52,491 nt of DNA from a virus (taxonomy: Duplodnaviria > Caudoviricetes): the IMG/VR virus record IMGVR_UViG_3300044470_000064, positions 1-52,491 of that record. The stretch is one strand, 5' to 3'. Both the position numbers and the translations under genes were made by a program. Within the stretch, counting starts at the first letter, position 1. Each line of letters opens with the position of its first letter. Positions 1 through 9,379 of this stretch are shown in pieces. Below the pieces are notes generated by a model. It made no database searches, was not told the DNA's origin, and was given only the letters and a program-made list of their open reading frames with translations.

Positions 1-174
1 GAGCGACTTGTCTCCCCGCTGTGCCCGGAGGCAAGCGAGGGTGTGCGAGATGAGAAACGGGCTGTTCCCGTTCCGGGTCGCGAACCGTGGGCACGCGCAC
101 TCCTGCACCCACCGCGCCTGATCCCAAGTTGCCTCGACCTGTACCATTCCAGTCTCCTGAGTGGTGATCTCCAT
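1..174 (-). CDS. Hypothetical protein, runs off the window start (MEITTQETGMVQVEATWDQARWVQECACPRF...)
   Basis: Open from ATG at 174 to position 1; TAATCT -10-like hexamer 6 nt upstream (186-181); alternative SD-preceded ATG at 147. Confidence 0.5.
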   Translation of the reverse strand, partial: MEITTQETGMVQVEATWDQARWVQECACPRFATRNGNSPFLISHTLACLRAQRGDKSL

Positions 175-227
175 GCCCGAAGATTACACCCCCCGAGGAT
201 GCCGTGCGGTAACAGGTTGGTTACGGT

Positions 228-599
228 TCACGGCTCGCTGATCTCGACCCGGAGCCCCGGTAGCCGTCCCTTCTCCTGCTCCATCGGCAGGAGCGTCAGC
301 CAGGCGGGGGTGTCGTCAACCAGCCATCCCGCATCCCGCAGCCCGTCGACGGCCGGTTTCATGGCCGCGGTGACGTTGTCCGCGTCCATGATCTTGTGCC
401 GGGCGGAGTAGATGCGCGTGAGTTGCACCGTCCGGGGCGTTGCGGCTTTGTCGAGGTCAAGCCGGTTGCGCTCGCTCCGAGCTGCGAGGGCCACGATCTC
501 GCGGGCCTGCTTCACCCGCCGGGCTCGCTCTGCCCAGTGGATGCGCGAATTTGGCGACGGCAGCGAGGCGGGAAGTGGGACGGTGAATGTCCAGGTCAC
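228..599 (-). CDS. RusA-like Holliday junction resolvase / endodeoxyribonuclease
   Basis: PSPN..HW N-terminus and D-x-D-N....K...DGL..AG.L.DD acidic motif typical of RusA family. Confidence 0.75.
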   Translation of the reverse strand: MTWTFTVPLPASLPSPNSRIHWAERARRVKQAREIVALAARSERNRLDLDKAATPRTVQLTRIYSARHKIMDADNVTAAMKPAVDGLRDAGWLVDDTPAWLTLLPMEQEKGRLPGLRVEISEP

Positions 600-1591
600 A
601 TCTCCCCCTCACGCTCGGCCCACTCCTCATCGGGGGCGAACAACTCGGCCTGACTGCCATCCTCGCGGTCGATGGTGGCGAGGTTCTTGATGGTCTGGCG
701 GTAGTAACTGGCCTTCAACTCTACCCCCACCCCGAACCGCCCAGAGCGCACAGCCTCGTACACCTCGGACCCCACCCCCATGAACGGGGTAAACACACGC
801 TCGCCGGGGTTGCTCCACAGTTGCAGCGCCCGCTGGATCACGTCAAGCTGTAGCGGGTGCATGTGCTTCTCGTCCTCCTCGTCCCGCGAATCGCGGAAGG
901 GGAGCACGCGGCCGATGCGGACATCATCCCAAAACGCCGAGGCATACTGCCGCCATATCCACTGGGAATAGCGGTTCTCGATCTGGTTGCCCTTCCACTC
1001 GCGGTAGTGCTCCAACTCGGAAGGCACCCGGCGCTCCCCGGCGTACTCGGTTAGCCCGTGAGGGTGGGCGATGGGTACAGGGTTGTCGCCGTGCTTACGA
1101 AACACCAGGAGATAGTCGGCCGAGGCAACGGTGCATCGGGACGAATCGTCCACGATGGTCTTGTGCGCCAGGTTCTTTGCCATCGTCCGGTTGCGGACGC
1201 CTAGCGGCTCCTTCCAGATGTGATAGCGGGCAATGTAGTCGAAACCAAGAGGGCGGTGCAACCGGATGATATCGCCAGGCAGGTCCGTCAATGTGTCGCG
1301 GCCCGTGTTCCCCGAGCGCACGTCCATGCAATGCACGCACGTCACTCGCCCCGGCATGGTCAGGCGGTGGAGTTCCCGAATCACGTAGCCGTAGTGCTCT
1401 AGGAACTCGTCGTAGTTGCGTGCGTTGGACAGGTCGCGCTCCGACGAACTGTAGTGGTACAGGCCGGCGAAGGGCGGGGAGTAGACCGATAGGTGGATGG
1501 ACTTGTCAGGCAGGGATGGCATGACCTCCATGCAGTCCCCCTGGTACACGGCGTAGCGGTCGGTTACCTCCTGGGCTTCTACCTTAGCCAC
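596..1591 (-). CDS. DNA methyltransferase (N4-C/N6-A, beta class)
   Basis: GDC, SPPF (motif IV), HMHP, PGERVFTPFMGVGSE (motif I), GVELK; start set at GTG 1591 behind GGAGG. Confidence 0.9.
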   Translation of the reverse strand: MAKVEAQEVTDRYAVYQGDCMEVMPSLPDKSIHLSVYSPPFAGLYHYSSSERDLSNARNYDEFLEHYGYVIRELHRLTMPGRVTCVHCMDVRSGNTGRDTLTDLPGDIIRLHRPLGFDYIARYHIWKEPLGVRNRTMAKNLAHKTIVDDSSRCTVASADYLLVFRKHGDNPVPIAHPHGLTEYAGERRVPSELEHYREWKGNQIENRYSQWIWRQYASAFWDDVRIGRVLPFRDSRDEEDEKHMHPLQLDVIQRALQLWSNPGERVFTPFMGVGSEVYEAVRSGRFGVGVELKASYYRQTIKNLATIDREDGSQAELFAPDEEWAEREGEM

Positions 1592-2964
1592 GCCGGCACC
1601 TCCATATCGTTTGCGGTGGCATAGGGGTGTCTGACCCCTAGCGCATCGTTCATGTAGCGGAGCAGCGCATCGAACATCGCGTCGGCGCGCTCGGCCTTGC
1701 GTTGCAGGTTGGCCAGGGCGTGTGTGCCGCCCTCGGTGGTCAGGATATCCACGCTCACCGGGGACCTCTGCCCGAACCGCCAGCACCGTCTCACGGCCTG
1801 ATAATACTGTTCGTAACTGTGCGACGGGAAGAAGGCGATGCGGTGGCAATGCTGCCAGTTTAGCCCCCACCCGCCGATCTTGGGCTTTGTGATGAGCACC
1901 CGCGTTTGCCCGGTGGAGAACGCGCGCAACTTCTCCTCTTTCTCCTCTATCTCGTCAGCCCCGCTCACCTCGACAGCATCCGGGATCATGCGGCGCAACC
2001 TGGCGCCCTCGTCATTGAGGTTGCACCAGACCACCACCGCCTCTGTCCCACCGGAAACCTCAGCAGCAGCCTCGCATCTCTCGTCAATGGTACGTCGCAA
2101 CTCCTCGCGCTCCTCGTGCAACCCGATGGCTGGCATGTCGAACAGGTCACCCTCCCGGAGCGTCTTGGCCTTGACGATATGTGTGTTCGTGGTCAGCGGC
2201 GGCAAGATGAACCCATCATCCTCGAACCCCATGTCCGAAGGCTTGCGCATGGCCCGCGCCCACGAGGACACCCAGCGCCAAAACGCCTCCTGCGCGTGGC
2301 CCTTGAACCGCCATCCGGTTTTCTGCCCACCGATCCCCTTGCCGTGGTACTTGCCCCGCACGTCACTGGTTCGCTGGTCGTTGATAAAGAAGCGGTTGAG
2401 CATGTCCATGAACCCGAGTTGCCCGAGCGCCTCGCTGGCGGTGCCCAGTTCGATGTAGTCGTTCGGCGCAGCGGTAGCCGTGCCCAACAGGCGGTAGGGT
2501 ATCTCGCGTAGAAACTCCGTCACGATGGCTCGCCGCACCCCGTCAAAGGACTTGATGGCGCTGGATTCGTCGCACACCACCCCGCCGAACTTCGACGCGT
2601 CGAACTTCTCTAGGCGTTCGTAGTTGGTAATCGTGATGGGTGCGGTGACCTTCCCGTCGCGAGAGATGGCGGCCTCCTCGTGGAACTTGACCGCCTCAGT
2701 GGCGGTCTGAAACCCCACGGCCAACGGGGTCACGATGAGGACCGGCTTGCCCGTGTGGCGGTGGACGTTATCCGCCCATACCAGTTCCATCGGTGTCTTG
2801 CCGAGCCCGCAGTCAGCGAACAGTCCCGCGCGCCCTTGCCGGATGGCCCACTCGGTGAGCGCTCGTTGAAACGGGAACAAGAAGTCCGGCAGCGACACAG
2901 GCTCGAACCCGCCGGCGTCCGCGAGTTGACGCTTGCTCTCCAGGAAGGATGCGTACTCGCTCAC
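1579..2964 (-). CDS. SNF2-like / SF2 helicase
   Basis: DCGLGKT Walker A, CDES, GTATAAPN, GLNWQ, QAVRRCWRFGQ; start GTG 2964 overlapping the upstream stop. Confidence 0.9.
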   Translation of the reverse strand: MSEYASFLESKRQLADAGGFEPVSLPDFLFPFQRALTEWAIRQGRAGLFADCGLGKTPMELVWADNVHRHTGKPVLIVTPLAVGFQTATEAVKFHEEAAISRDGKVTAPITITNYERLEKFDASKFGGVVCDESSAIKSFDGVRRAIVTEFLREIPYRLLGTATAAPNDYIELGTASEALGQLGFMDMLNRFFINDQRTSDVRGKYHGKGIGGQKTGWRFKGHAQEAFWRWVSSWARAMRKPSDMGFEDDGFILPPLTTNTHIVKAKTLREGDLFDMPAIGLHEEREELRRTIDERCEAAAEVSGGTEAVVVWCNLNDEGARLRRMIPDAVEVSGADEIEEKEEKLRAFSTGQTRVLITKPKIGGWGLNWQHCHRIAFFPSHSYEQYYQAVRRCWRFGQRSPVSVDILTTEGGTHALANLQRKAERADAMFDALLRYMNDALGVRHPYATANDMEVPAWLR

Positions 2965-3200
2965 AGCATCTCCCCTATATGGGCAACAAGCCACCAGATG
3001 CCGAAGAACAGCACCAGCCACCCCACGGCTCCGGCGAGGACACACAGCAGCAGCGTGAGCGGCGTCATCCCGGCCAGGGCGCGCTCCTCGTCGGGCCGGC
3101 CGAACGTGGGCGGCACCCAGGACGTGGCTCCGTCCCAGCGCGTCAGCTTGCGCCATCCTGCCCAGTGACGAGGGCGACGGGTGATCGGGTACTGGCTCAC
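2961..3200 (-). CDS. Small membrane protein
   Basis: C-terminal hydrophobic stretch; 4-nt overlaps with both neighbours. Confidence 0.6.
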   Translation of the reverse strand: MSQYPITRRPRHWAGWRKLTRWDGATSWVPPTFGRPDEERALAGMTPLTLLLCVLAGAVGWLVLFFGIWWLVAHIGEML

Positions 3201-3817
3201 AGGATGCCTCCCTTCGGGGCGAGAGTGATGGTGTCGCGATGCTCTCCCCGGAGCGCAGCGGCGAAGTCTGCCAACGTCTCGTACCAGCGGTGGTCCGAGA
3301 GTACCTTGTCGCGTAACCTTGACTTAGCGGCGTCGTTGGTAAAGGTTCCGAAGCTCATCTCCCGCCAGCGGACCACGGGGCCGATCCGATCAGCCTCCGC
3401 CATCATCCGCGCTAGATGCTCGGGCGTCCAGTCCTGCCGGCGGGCGACGGTGGCAAGCTCGGCCATCCTCCCCTGCTCCCAGGAGTTCGGCCCCCAGCCG
3501 TCGCGTTGCTCTCGCAGCCCCGCCAGGCGGTCCTCCCGCGTCTCGGGGACCTTCGGGGCGGGCAGGAGGGCGCGGGCCTGGTTCTCCAGCGCCATGTCAT
3601 GCTCATACCCCCGGAGGACTTCCGCAAACTGGGCGATGCTCGGGAAGCGCGGCGAACTCATTGAGAGCGTGTCGATGGCGGCCTGCATCATCCCGGGATC
3701 GTGGCGTCCCAGAGCACGTCGGTACATCGTATCCACGGCGGGGTCTACGATGGCACGGTCATGGGGCCAGGCGGCACGCATCGCCGTCAGCATCGCGGCC
3801 CATTCCTGGTCGGTCAT
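3197..3817 (-). CDS. Hypothetical protein, possibly replicative helicase loader/inhibitor-like
   Basis: MT..EW..ML...AWP and SPRFPSIAQF N-terminal pattern; lies downstream of the initiator gene. Confidence 0.5.
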   Translation of the reverse strand: MTDQEWAAMLTAMRAAWPHDRAIVDPAVDTMYRRALGRHDPGMMQAAIDTLSMSSPRFPSIAQFAEVLRGYEHDMALENQARALLPAPKVPETREDRLAGLREQRDGWGPNSWEQGRMAELATVARRQDWTPEHLARMMAEADRIGPVVRWREMSFGTFTNDAAKSRLRDKVLSDHRWYETLADFAAALRGEHRDTITLAPKGGIL

Positions 3818-4149
3818 ACCGTAAGCTCCGCAACGCGAGGCTCTTGCTTGAGTACCCATAGGCACTCAGGGCAGGTGATGGGGTCAGTCGTATGCAGCCA
3901 CGCCCCCGGAGGTGGTTCAACGATCCCAGGCAACCACGGCTCCCAACGCACTGTGACCATGGAACAGAGGGTATCGCGCCAATGACCATAGGCCCTACAT
4001 TCCCCCACCCAACCACGCTCTGCTAGTAGGCGCTGGCAGACCTCACGGCGACACCGACCATCCGTGCCGTGGACGACCCCAACGGGGGACCGTAGGCGCT
4101 CTAGGACGCGTTCCATGTGCCGCTCGGGCTCAGGGATGCGCTCATCCAT
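3814..4149 (-). CDS. Hypothetical protein (CxxC)
   Basis: ORF packed with overlaps in the operon. Confidence 0.55.
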   Translation of the reverse strand: MDERIPEPERHMERVLERLRSPVGVVHGTDGRCRREVCQRLLAERGWVGECRAYGHWRDTLCSMVTVRWEPWLPGIVEPPPGAWLHTTDPITCPECLWVLKQEPRVAELTV

Positions 4150-4297
4150 GTGGCCTTCCCTCCGTGCTCCAATCCAACCCGATGAACAACGCCGCCCCTA
4201 CGAGCACCGCTATCACCAGGAGCGCAGTCGGAGCCAGGATGAGCACTACCGTGGCCGCAGCGATGAGCAGGATGGCGAGCACAGCGAGGGCGTTCAT
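4142..4297 (-). CDS. Small membrane protein
   Basis: MNALAVLAILLIAAATVV... very hydrophobic; ATGA overlap. Confidence 0.6.
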   Translation of the reverse strand: MNALAVLAILLIAAATVVLILAPTALLVIAVLVGAALFIGLDWSTEGRPHG

Positions 4298-4485
4298 GCG
4301 TCGTGGTCCAATGCATCTTCGATCTCGCCGGCAAGCTCCCGCATCGACGGGGGAAATACACCGGGTCCGCCCCACAGGACCATCCCTTCTAGGCCACCCT
4401 CCCATTCCATCTTGGCTAGGAACTCGATGCGGGTCCACTCCTGTCCGTCCTCCGCGGTCCAGCGATCCTCAACTATGGCGGGCAT
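4294..4485 (-). CDS. Hypothetical protein
   Basis: GGAG SD, operon packing. Confidence 0.6.
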   Translation of the reverse strand: MPAIVEDRWTAEDGQEWTRIEFLAKMEWEGGLEGMVLWGGPGVFPPSMRELAGEIEDALDHDA

Positions 4486-4642
4486 CGGAGGTCTCCACGG
4501 CCGATGCTACGATGGCATTGGCGAGTTTCTCGACGGCTTCGGATGTAGCGGCGATGAGGGTGTCCCCTTCGTCGGTGGTGTCCGCCAGATCGCGGAGACG
4601 CTCCACGAACTCTACTACGGCGGTGTGTATGCGCTCGCTCAC
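4469..4642 (-). CDS. Hypothetical protein (57 aa, not in ORF track)
   Basis: GTG overlapping the upstream TGA, GGAGG SD; fills the gap in the operon. Confidence 0.6.
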   Translation of the reverse strand: MSERIHTAVVEFVERLRDLADTTDEGDTLIAATSEAVEKLANAIVASAVETSDARHS

Positions 4643-5412
4643 GTCGTACCCTCCATATCCACGACTATACCACCTCCTGCGTAGCGCTGGGCAATCGTCT
4701 CCCGGTCCCGCTCCTGTTGGGTCTGCGGGGGCTTGACGTCACCGAGCGCCCCCCAGTGCTTCGCCAGCGCCGAGGGCGTTAGCCTGGCGTTCGGCAGATA
4801 GTCTGCCCACGCGGCGGCCCGACGCCTCACCTCTTCAGGGGTAGCTCCCACGGCCGCCAGGTCGCTCTTGGCCTTATTCGCCGCCCCTCTCCCTGCTGGG
4901 GTCAATTCTCGCCAGTTTACCTGGCACCCCTCGCAGATAGCCTCAAACAGCTCATCCCTTCGGGCCACTTTTGCAGGTACGTTAGTACCTGTTATGTTCT
5001 GTTCCGTCTCCGTTACTTCGGGGGCGTTCGTAGGAGCCGTCCGAACGCCGTTCGAACGCGGTTCGGGTTGGGCCGATCCATACTTGGCGCGGCGCTTCTC
5101 AGCCGAGCGCCGGCCCATCTCGGAGTAGTCCGGGGGCTCGCTCTGGTGGGCCTCCCAGTCGTGCATCTGATAGCCTGCGGGTACGATGTCCCACAGATGC
5201 CGCGCGATGAGCGCCGAGATGGTCTCCTGTTCGAGCGGCCCGGTACAGCCCAGGCCGTGCTCGATGAAACTGATCGGGATAAATCCGCCCGTGTGGTGGA
5301 GTTTGGTATAGAGCAGCCCGGAGATCCAAAGACCCCGGCTGGCAAGGGTCAGCCCGAGCCACTTGTCATGCCCCGCTAGGTCAGTGGCGACTTTGGCGTA
5401 GGTTTCGGTCAC
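4639..5412 (-). CDS. Putative replication initiator (phage replisome organiser-type)
   Basis: N-terminal W..LT..SRGLW..GL.Y winged-helix-like region, basic linker, helical C-terminal domain; position in replication arm. Confidence 0.6.
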   Translation of the reverse strand: MTETYAKVATDLAGHDKWLGLTLASRGLWISGLLYTKLHHTGGFIPISFIEHGLGCTGPLEQETISALIARHLWDIVPAGYQMHDWEAHQSEPPDYSEMGRRSAEKRRAKYGSAQPEPRSNGVRTAPTNAPEVTETEQNITGTNVPAKVARRDELFEAICEGCQVNWRELTPAGRGAANKAKSDLAAVGATPEEVRRRAAAWADYLPNARLTPSALAKHWGALGDVKPPQTQQERDRETIAQRYAGGGIVVDMEGTT

Positions 5413-5582
5413 GCCATCGCCCTCCGACGTAGCCTGCGGTACTCGACCTTCGTCTCCCTCGACAGGTGCCACAGGCCGCAAGCGGCACAGCGATACCTTC
5501 TCAGCGGGGAGCCGATGGTGGCGCGTCTAGCTGCCTCGCTATCGGCATAGGGAACCTTCCGACTGACGCATCCCTCGCTCAT
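5409..5582 (-). CDS. Small Zn-ribbon protein
   Basis: C..RKVPY and YRCAACGLWHLS. Confidence 0.65.
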   Translation of the reverse strand: MSEGCVSRKVPYADSEAARRATIGSPLRRYRCAACGLWHLSRETKVEYRRLRRRAMA

Positions 5583-5956
5583 GCGCTTGCCCCCCAGTTG
5601 TAGACCTGCTGGACGCTGGACGCGCTCCGAGGCCCGCCGAAGCCTCGGATGGGGGTGCTGGCCTCGTCCGCCGTTCTCTCGCCGAGGATGAACTCCCCCC
5701 AGACGGTATGCCCGGGGTGGGCAAGTTCGTACTCGCATACCCAGCACAATTTCATCTCATTCAGTTGGTGGCGCATCCCACAGAGAGCGCAGCGGTGCCA
5801 ACTGGCGGGGAGGGCGTTGCGTAACCGACGGTAGCCCGTCTGCTGCCGCGTAGCCGCTTCGGAGGCCACCCGATGCCGACAGGGAGGGCAGAAGCGCGCT
5901 CGGCCTTCGGGGATCATGGTGGGGCAGGTTTGGCAGGCGTGGGGATGGTACCTCAC
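5579..5956 (-). CDS. Cys-rich hypothetical protein (four CxxC)
   Basis: CQTC, CPPC, CALC, CWVC; GTGA overlap with upstream gene. Confidence 0.6.
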   Translation of the reverse strand: MRYHPHACQTCPTMIPEGRARFCPPCRHRVASEAATRQQTGYRRLRNALPASWHRCALCGMRHQLNEMKLCWVCEYELAHPGHTVWGEFILGERTADEASTPIRGFGGPRSASSVQQVYNWGASA

Positions 5957-6120
5957 GGGTAGAGCCCCAGCTTGACGGCGCGGTCCAGCCGGCGCTTCGC
6001 CACCCTCTCTGGGACGTTCAGGACGGCCCCGAGCTGGGCGCAGGTGGGTGTGACCCCATGGTGTACGTTGAACCAGATGGCGGCTGTGGCGGCCCTCTGG
6101 GCGTTTCGCTTCCCGAACAT
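5953..6120 (-). CDS. Small HTH DNA-binding protein (55 aa, not in ORF track)
   Basis: MFGKRNAQRAATAAIWFNVHHGVTPTCAQLGAVLNVPERVAKRRLDRAVKLGLYP, winged-HTH pattern; GGAGGGAG SD; first gene of the leftward operon. Confidence 0.65.
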   Translation of the reverse strand: MFGKRNAQRAATAAIWFNVHHGVTPTCAQLGAVLNVPERVAKRRLDRAVKLGLYP

Positions 6121-6150
6121 AGCTCCCTCCATCTGGTCGGCTCTGGGGGT

Positions 6151-6159
6151 AGTCTAGCA
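6151..6159 (-). promoter_or_regulatory. Leftward promoter, extended -10 TGCTAGACT
   Basis: Same TGCTAGACT element occurs ahead of the genes at 14282 and 22668. Confidence 0.55.
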
Positions 6160-6188
6160 CCCCGCGCGGGGAATTGTGCGGGGATGGG

Positions 6189-6217
6189 TTGCACGGGTGT
6201 TCGGGACGTGGTAGGAT
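6189..6217 (+). promoter_or_regulatory. Rightward sigma70-type promoter TTGCAC-N17-TAGGAT with extended TG
   Basis: Consensus-like hexamers with 17-nt spacing at the strand switch. Confidence 0.6.
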
Positions 6218-6313
6218 GCGGGTGTGAGTACGGGAGCCGCCCCGAAGCGCGCCAAACGTCCCCCCAGCGATGGGGCGGTTCCCGCATCCCACATCCCCAC
6301 TGGAGGTAAGCGC

Positions 6314-7282
6314 GTGCCCAAGAAGGACCCCCGTCGGAGCATTTACATTGCTGGCAAGATGAGGGGGTTGCCGCTCTACGGGTTCCCCGCCTTCGACGCA
6401 GCAGCCGAACGGCTCACCGCCGAAGGGTGGATTGTCCACAGTCCCGCAGACCACGATCGCTCGCTGGGATTCGACCCCGGCGGGCCGATGTGCGACGCTG
6501 AGACACTGGCTGCGATGCATCGCTGGGACATGCAGACCATCACCGAGAGTGACGCGATCTACATGTTGCCGGGGTGGGAGGACAGCGACGGGGCGACCCG
6601 AGAGCTGGACGTGGCGCGGGTGTGCGGGCTGGACGTGTATTGGGCAGACGATGCCACGCCGCCCTACGAAGCGGACGAACGGCCAGCTCCGCGTCAGTGG
6701 GAATACCCCACATGTACGTCCCACCCGACCGCCGAGCGTACCCACTGGAACGGCACCACCTGGACGGAGCCCCCATCTCCCGAAGCTGAGGCGACACTGG
6801 CGGAGTGGCAGCGCAAGTTGGACGCGTTGCCGCCGTACGTTCCAGGCGCGAAACTGCCGGTAGAGCCTCCAGACGGAGAGGCCATGGAACCGCGCCCGAC
6901 GTGGACGGTGACGCAAGAGGCGCCAGCCGTCAGTCGTCACGCCTTCAACCGCGCCGTGGATGCGAGCGTAGCGCGGACCCAGGCGATCAGCGGACAGCGG
7001 GGGGAGACCTATCAAGATACCTGGAGCGAGGCCAACCTTCGGACGTCGTTTCTGGACGCGACGTTGCGGAGTATCGCGGAGCAACAGGGCCACCACGGTG
7101 CCGACATCGAACTAGCGGCCCTGACGCCCGCCGAGAGGCGCCTGATCGTGGTCGCCTCCCTGTGTGACGTGAAGCTCTCGCGGCTCATCGGGGAGTGGAA
7201 GCAGGACCACGTAGACGACCTGGAGAACTACGCCGGCGCGTGGAACACCTGGATGGGGGAATACCTGGAGGGTAAGGCGTGA
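6314..7282 (+). CDS. DUF4406 / nucleoside 2-deoxyribosyltransferase-like domain fused to a C-terminal all-alpha nucleotide pyrophosphohydrolase-like domain
   Basis: IYIAGKMRG..FPAF..AA..L, DAIYMLPGWEDSDGA.RE; C-terminal RGETY..W...K..R....DHVDDLENYA; start 6314 (SD) or 6224 (leaderless). Confidence 0.7.
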   Translation: MPKKDPRRSIYIAGKMRGLPLYGFPAFDAAAERLTAEGWIVHSPADHDRSLGFDPGGPMCDAETLAAMHRWDMQTITESDAIYMLPGWEDSDGATRELDVARVCGLDVYWADDATPPYEADERPAPRQWEYPTCTSHPTAERTHWNGTTWTEPPSPEAEATLAEWQRKLDALPPYVPGAKLPVEPPDGEAMEPRPTWTVTQEAPAVSRHAFNRAVDASVARTQAISGQRGETYQDTWSEANLRTSFLDATLRSIAEQQGHHGADIELAALTPAERRLIVVASLCDVKLSRLIGEWKQDHVDDLENYAGAWNTWMGEYLEGKA

Positions 7283-7950
7283 CCGTTGGGGAGGACGGCA
7301 GCCAGGTACGGGCGGTGGGCTCCCTGGCTCCGTCCCCTCCAGTGCGTCCATGGCCTGAGGACACCCGGTTGAGCCCCTACGATGGTGGCGGGGTGCCGGT
7401 TGCCCCTGGGGCCGCCTACAGGGGGATGCCAGACGATGTGGCACTGGCCGCCGCTGTCTGCGATGCGCTCATTTGGGGCCGGGATAGCTGGCCCGCCGAC
7501 GTACAGGCGTATCAGGATGCCCCTCCGCCGATCCTCATGTCTAGCGACAATGAGCGGATCATGGCCGAGCATGGCTGGCGGGACGCTGAGGACATCTACG
7601 AGGCCGCCGGGGTTACCGAGAAACAGCGCCAGGCGGTATCCCTGTACCTGCTCGGTTGGGCTGGCCCGGCCATTGCCGATGAGATGCGGACCTCTCGCTG
7701 GAATGCCAACTCTCACGTTCGCCGAGGGCTGGACAACCTACACAGATTAGTAGGCCACCAAAAAGTGGTAGTTAGTGAGGGAGCTCCTTGGGCGCCGCAA
7801 GTTACATATACGCGGCCCAAGCCTCCCTACCTAGTACTCACCGATCGCCAGATGCGTAGTCGGAGGGAACGCGAGATCGCTGCCGGTATGGACTTCGAAG
7901 CGATCCCCAGTGCGGGACGGGAGAAGAGTGGCCGCCGTCTGGCCCGGTGA
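7279..7950 (+). CDS. Sigma70 region-4-like / LuxR-type HTH regulator
   Basis: VTEKQRQAVSLYLLGWAGPAIADEMRTSRWNANSHVRRGLDNL; start uncertain. Confidence 0.6.
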   Translation: MTVGEDGSQVRAVGSLAPSPPVRPWPEDTRLSPYDGGGVPVAPGAAYRGMPDDVALAAAVCDALIWGRDSWPADVQAYQDAPPPILMSSDNERIMAEHGWRDAEDIYEAAGVTEKQRQAVSLYLLGWAGPAIADEMRTSRWNANSHVRRGLDNLHRLVGHQKVVVSEGAPWAPQVTYTRPKPPYLVLTDRQMRSRREREIAAGMDFEAIPSAGREKSGRRLAR

Positions 7951-8395
7951 ACGGTTCCGAACTGCGGACCATCATGGTGCCTCAGTGCCATGTGGCCAAG
8001 TGGTTGATCCCTGGCCGCCAGAGCGGGAGGACTATCTCTCCGCTAGGTGGCGAGCCTGGATGGCCTATGACGAGGCGATTTTCGAGGCTGAGGAAGCCTA
8101 CCACGATGCAGTCGGGGACCTCGATCCTGACGGCCCCGGCAGCCCCGATGACCTAGCCGGGATGGACGACCTGGAGTATTCGGCCTGGGACGTCCGCGAA
8201 GCGGCAGACGAAGAGATGACCGATCTCGACGTCGCTGAGATGCGGGCCAATGCCCAGATTCTCGCCTTGGCCCGCGAGGCGTATGATGGGAAGGTGCAGC
8301 AGGCCGAAGAGACCTACGACGCCGCAGAGAGGGTCGCTCGTGATGTTTACCACGCTGGTGGCACGGCGACCCGGGCGGCGGTGAAGGGTGATTGA
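7910..8395 (+). CDS. Acidic helical hypothetical protein (start uncertain, likely later than 7910)
   Basis: Strong A/E/D coiled-coil-like composition in the 3' two thirds. Confidence 0.5.
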   Translation: MRDGRRVAAVWPGERFRTADHHGASVPCGQVVDPWPPEREDYLSARWRAWMAYDEAIFEAEEAYHDAVGDLDPDGPGSPDDLAGMDDLEYSAWDVREAADEEMTDLDVAEMRANAQILALAREAYDGKVQQAEETYDAAERVARDVYHAGGTATRAAVKGD

Positions 8396-8752
8396 CGTGC
8401 GCGACGCTCCGGCCTCGCGACCCCTCGCACTAGGGGATGCACTCTCACCCTCCCGCCGCCTCTCTATGCCACACCCCTGCGTCACTGACGGGCGCCAACA
8501 TCGCGACGGGGGTATTCCGCGGCGTCAAGGGCCGGGGGAGCGTGTGGGCAACACCCCGGCCCGCTTTCTCTTGGGCAGGGTTCTTGCTCAGGTTGGCCAT
8601 CGCCAGTGCGACGTTATCCGGCGTAAGCCCGGAATCGGCTGGGGCGGCACCAGAGGCCAACCGACCCTCCCTAAGTGGCATGAACTTGCCACCGTTTATG
8701 CGGTTTGCCACCTTGCCAAACCATGGCAATCCCGGCATTCTAGGCAAGGCGC

Positions 8753-8947
8753 GTGACCACCTTCCCATCCCCGCAGGGAACGTGCCAGCATGGCAAGCGG
8801 CTGAAGTTCGACTCCTGTACCGACTGCCTACTAGAGATGGCGGCGGCCAAGGTTTACGACCTGTCGTCCACGGTCGAGGGACCGCCGCACGGCGACGGCG
8901 GGAAGTTCGCTGACCCGGCATATCGGGGGGTCGAGCATGGAAACTGA
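8753..8947 (+). CDS. Hypothetical protein (CxH...CxxC)
   Basis: Overlap-packed with the next gene. Confidence 0.5.
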   Translation: MTTFPSPQGTCQHGKRLKFDSCTDCLLEMAAAKVYDLSSTVEGPPHGDGGKFADPAYRGVEHGN

Positions 8948-9164
8948 CCTCAAGGCCATCCATGAAGCCGACGAGCGGCAGACCCGGCGAGACGTCCGCA
9001 AGCACGACATAGGCGAGGCCAATCTAGCCGGTCGGATGACGGGAGCGTTCATCCGGGGGATGCACTCCGAGGACAAGAAGATCACCGAGGGTGAGCTTGC
9101 CGCCGCGCTGGACGATCGGATGGCGCACACCTTCGGCTGTCAGTGCGATGGGGATGGAGTATGA
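8937..9164 (+). CDS. Hypothetical protein
   Basis: Operon packing, ATGA overlap. Confidence 0.6.
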   Translation: METDLKAIHEADERQTRRDVRKHDIGEANLAGRMTGAFIRGMHSEDKKITEGELAAALDDRMAHTFGCQCDGDGV

Positions 9165-9379
9165 ACCTCGCCGAGTTCGCCAAGGCCGAGGGGAAGTCGC
9201 CGGGAGGCTGCAAAGTCTGTGGCCATCCCCGCAGCGTCGAGATCAACGAGGCACACGCCAAGGGCGTATCTGCCGCTGCGATCGGGCGTTGGACTTCGCA
9301 GGACCCGGACGGAGCGCCGAGGGTGAGCGACACCACGGTAGCGCGCCACTTCTCGGAGGGGCACCACAAGCGTGGGTGA
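9161..9379 (+). CDS. Small Zn/HTH-like protein
   Basis: CKVC...GVSAAAIGRW...VARH pattern, usual upstream partner of phage metallophosphoesterases. Confidence 0.6.
   Translation: MNLAEFAKAEGKSPGGCKVCGHPRSVEINEAHAKGVSAAAIGRWTSQDPDGAPRVSDTTVARHFSEGHHKRG

Noticed and set aside
5579-7096. 505-aa minus-strand ORF as one gene
   Set aside because: Only the last ~125 codons look coding; the rest crosses the divergent promoters and shadows the DUF4406 gene
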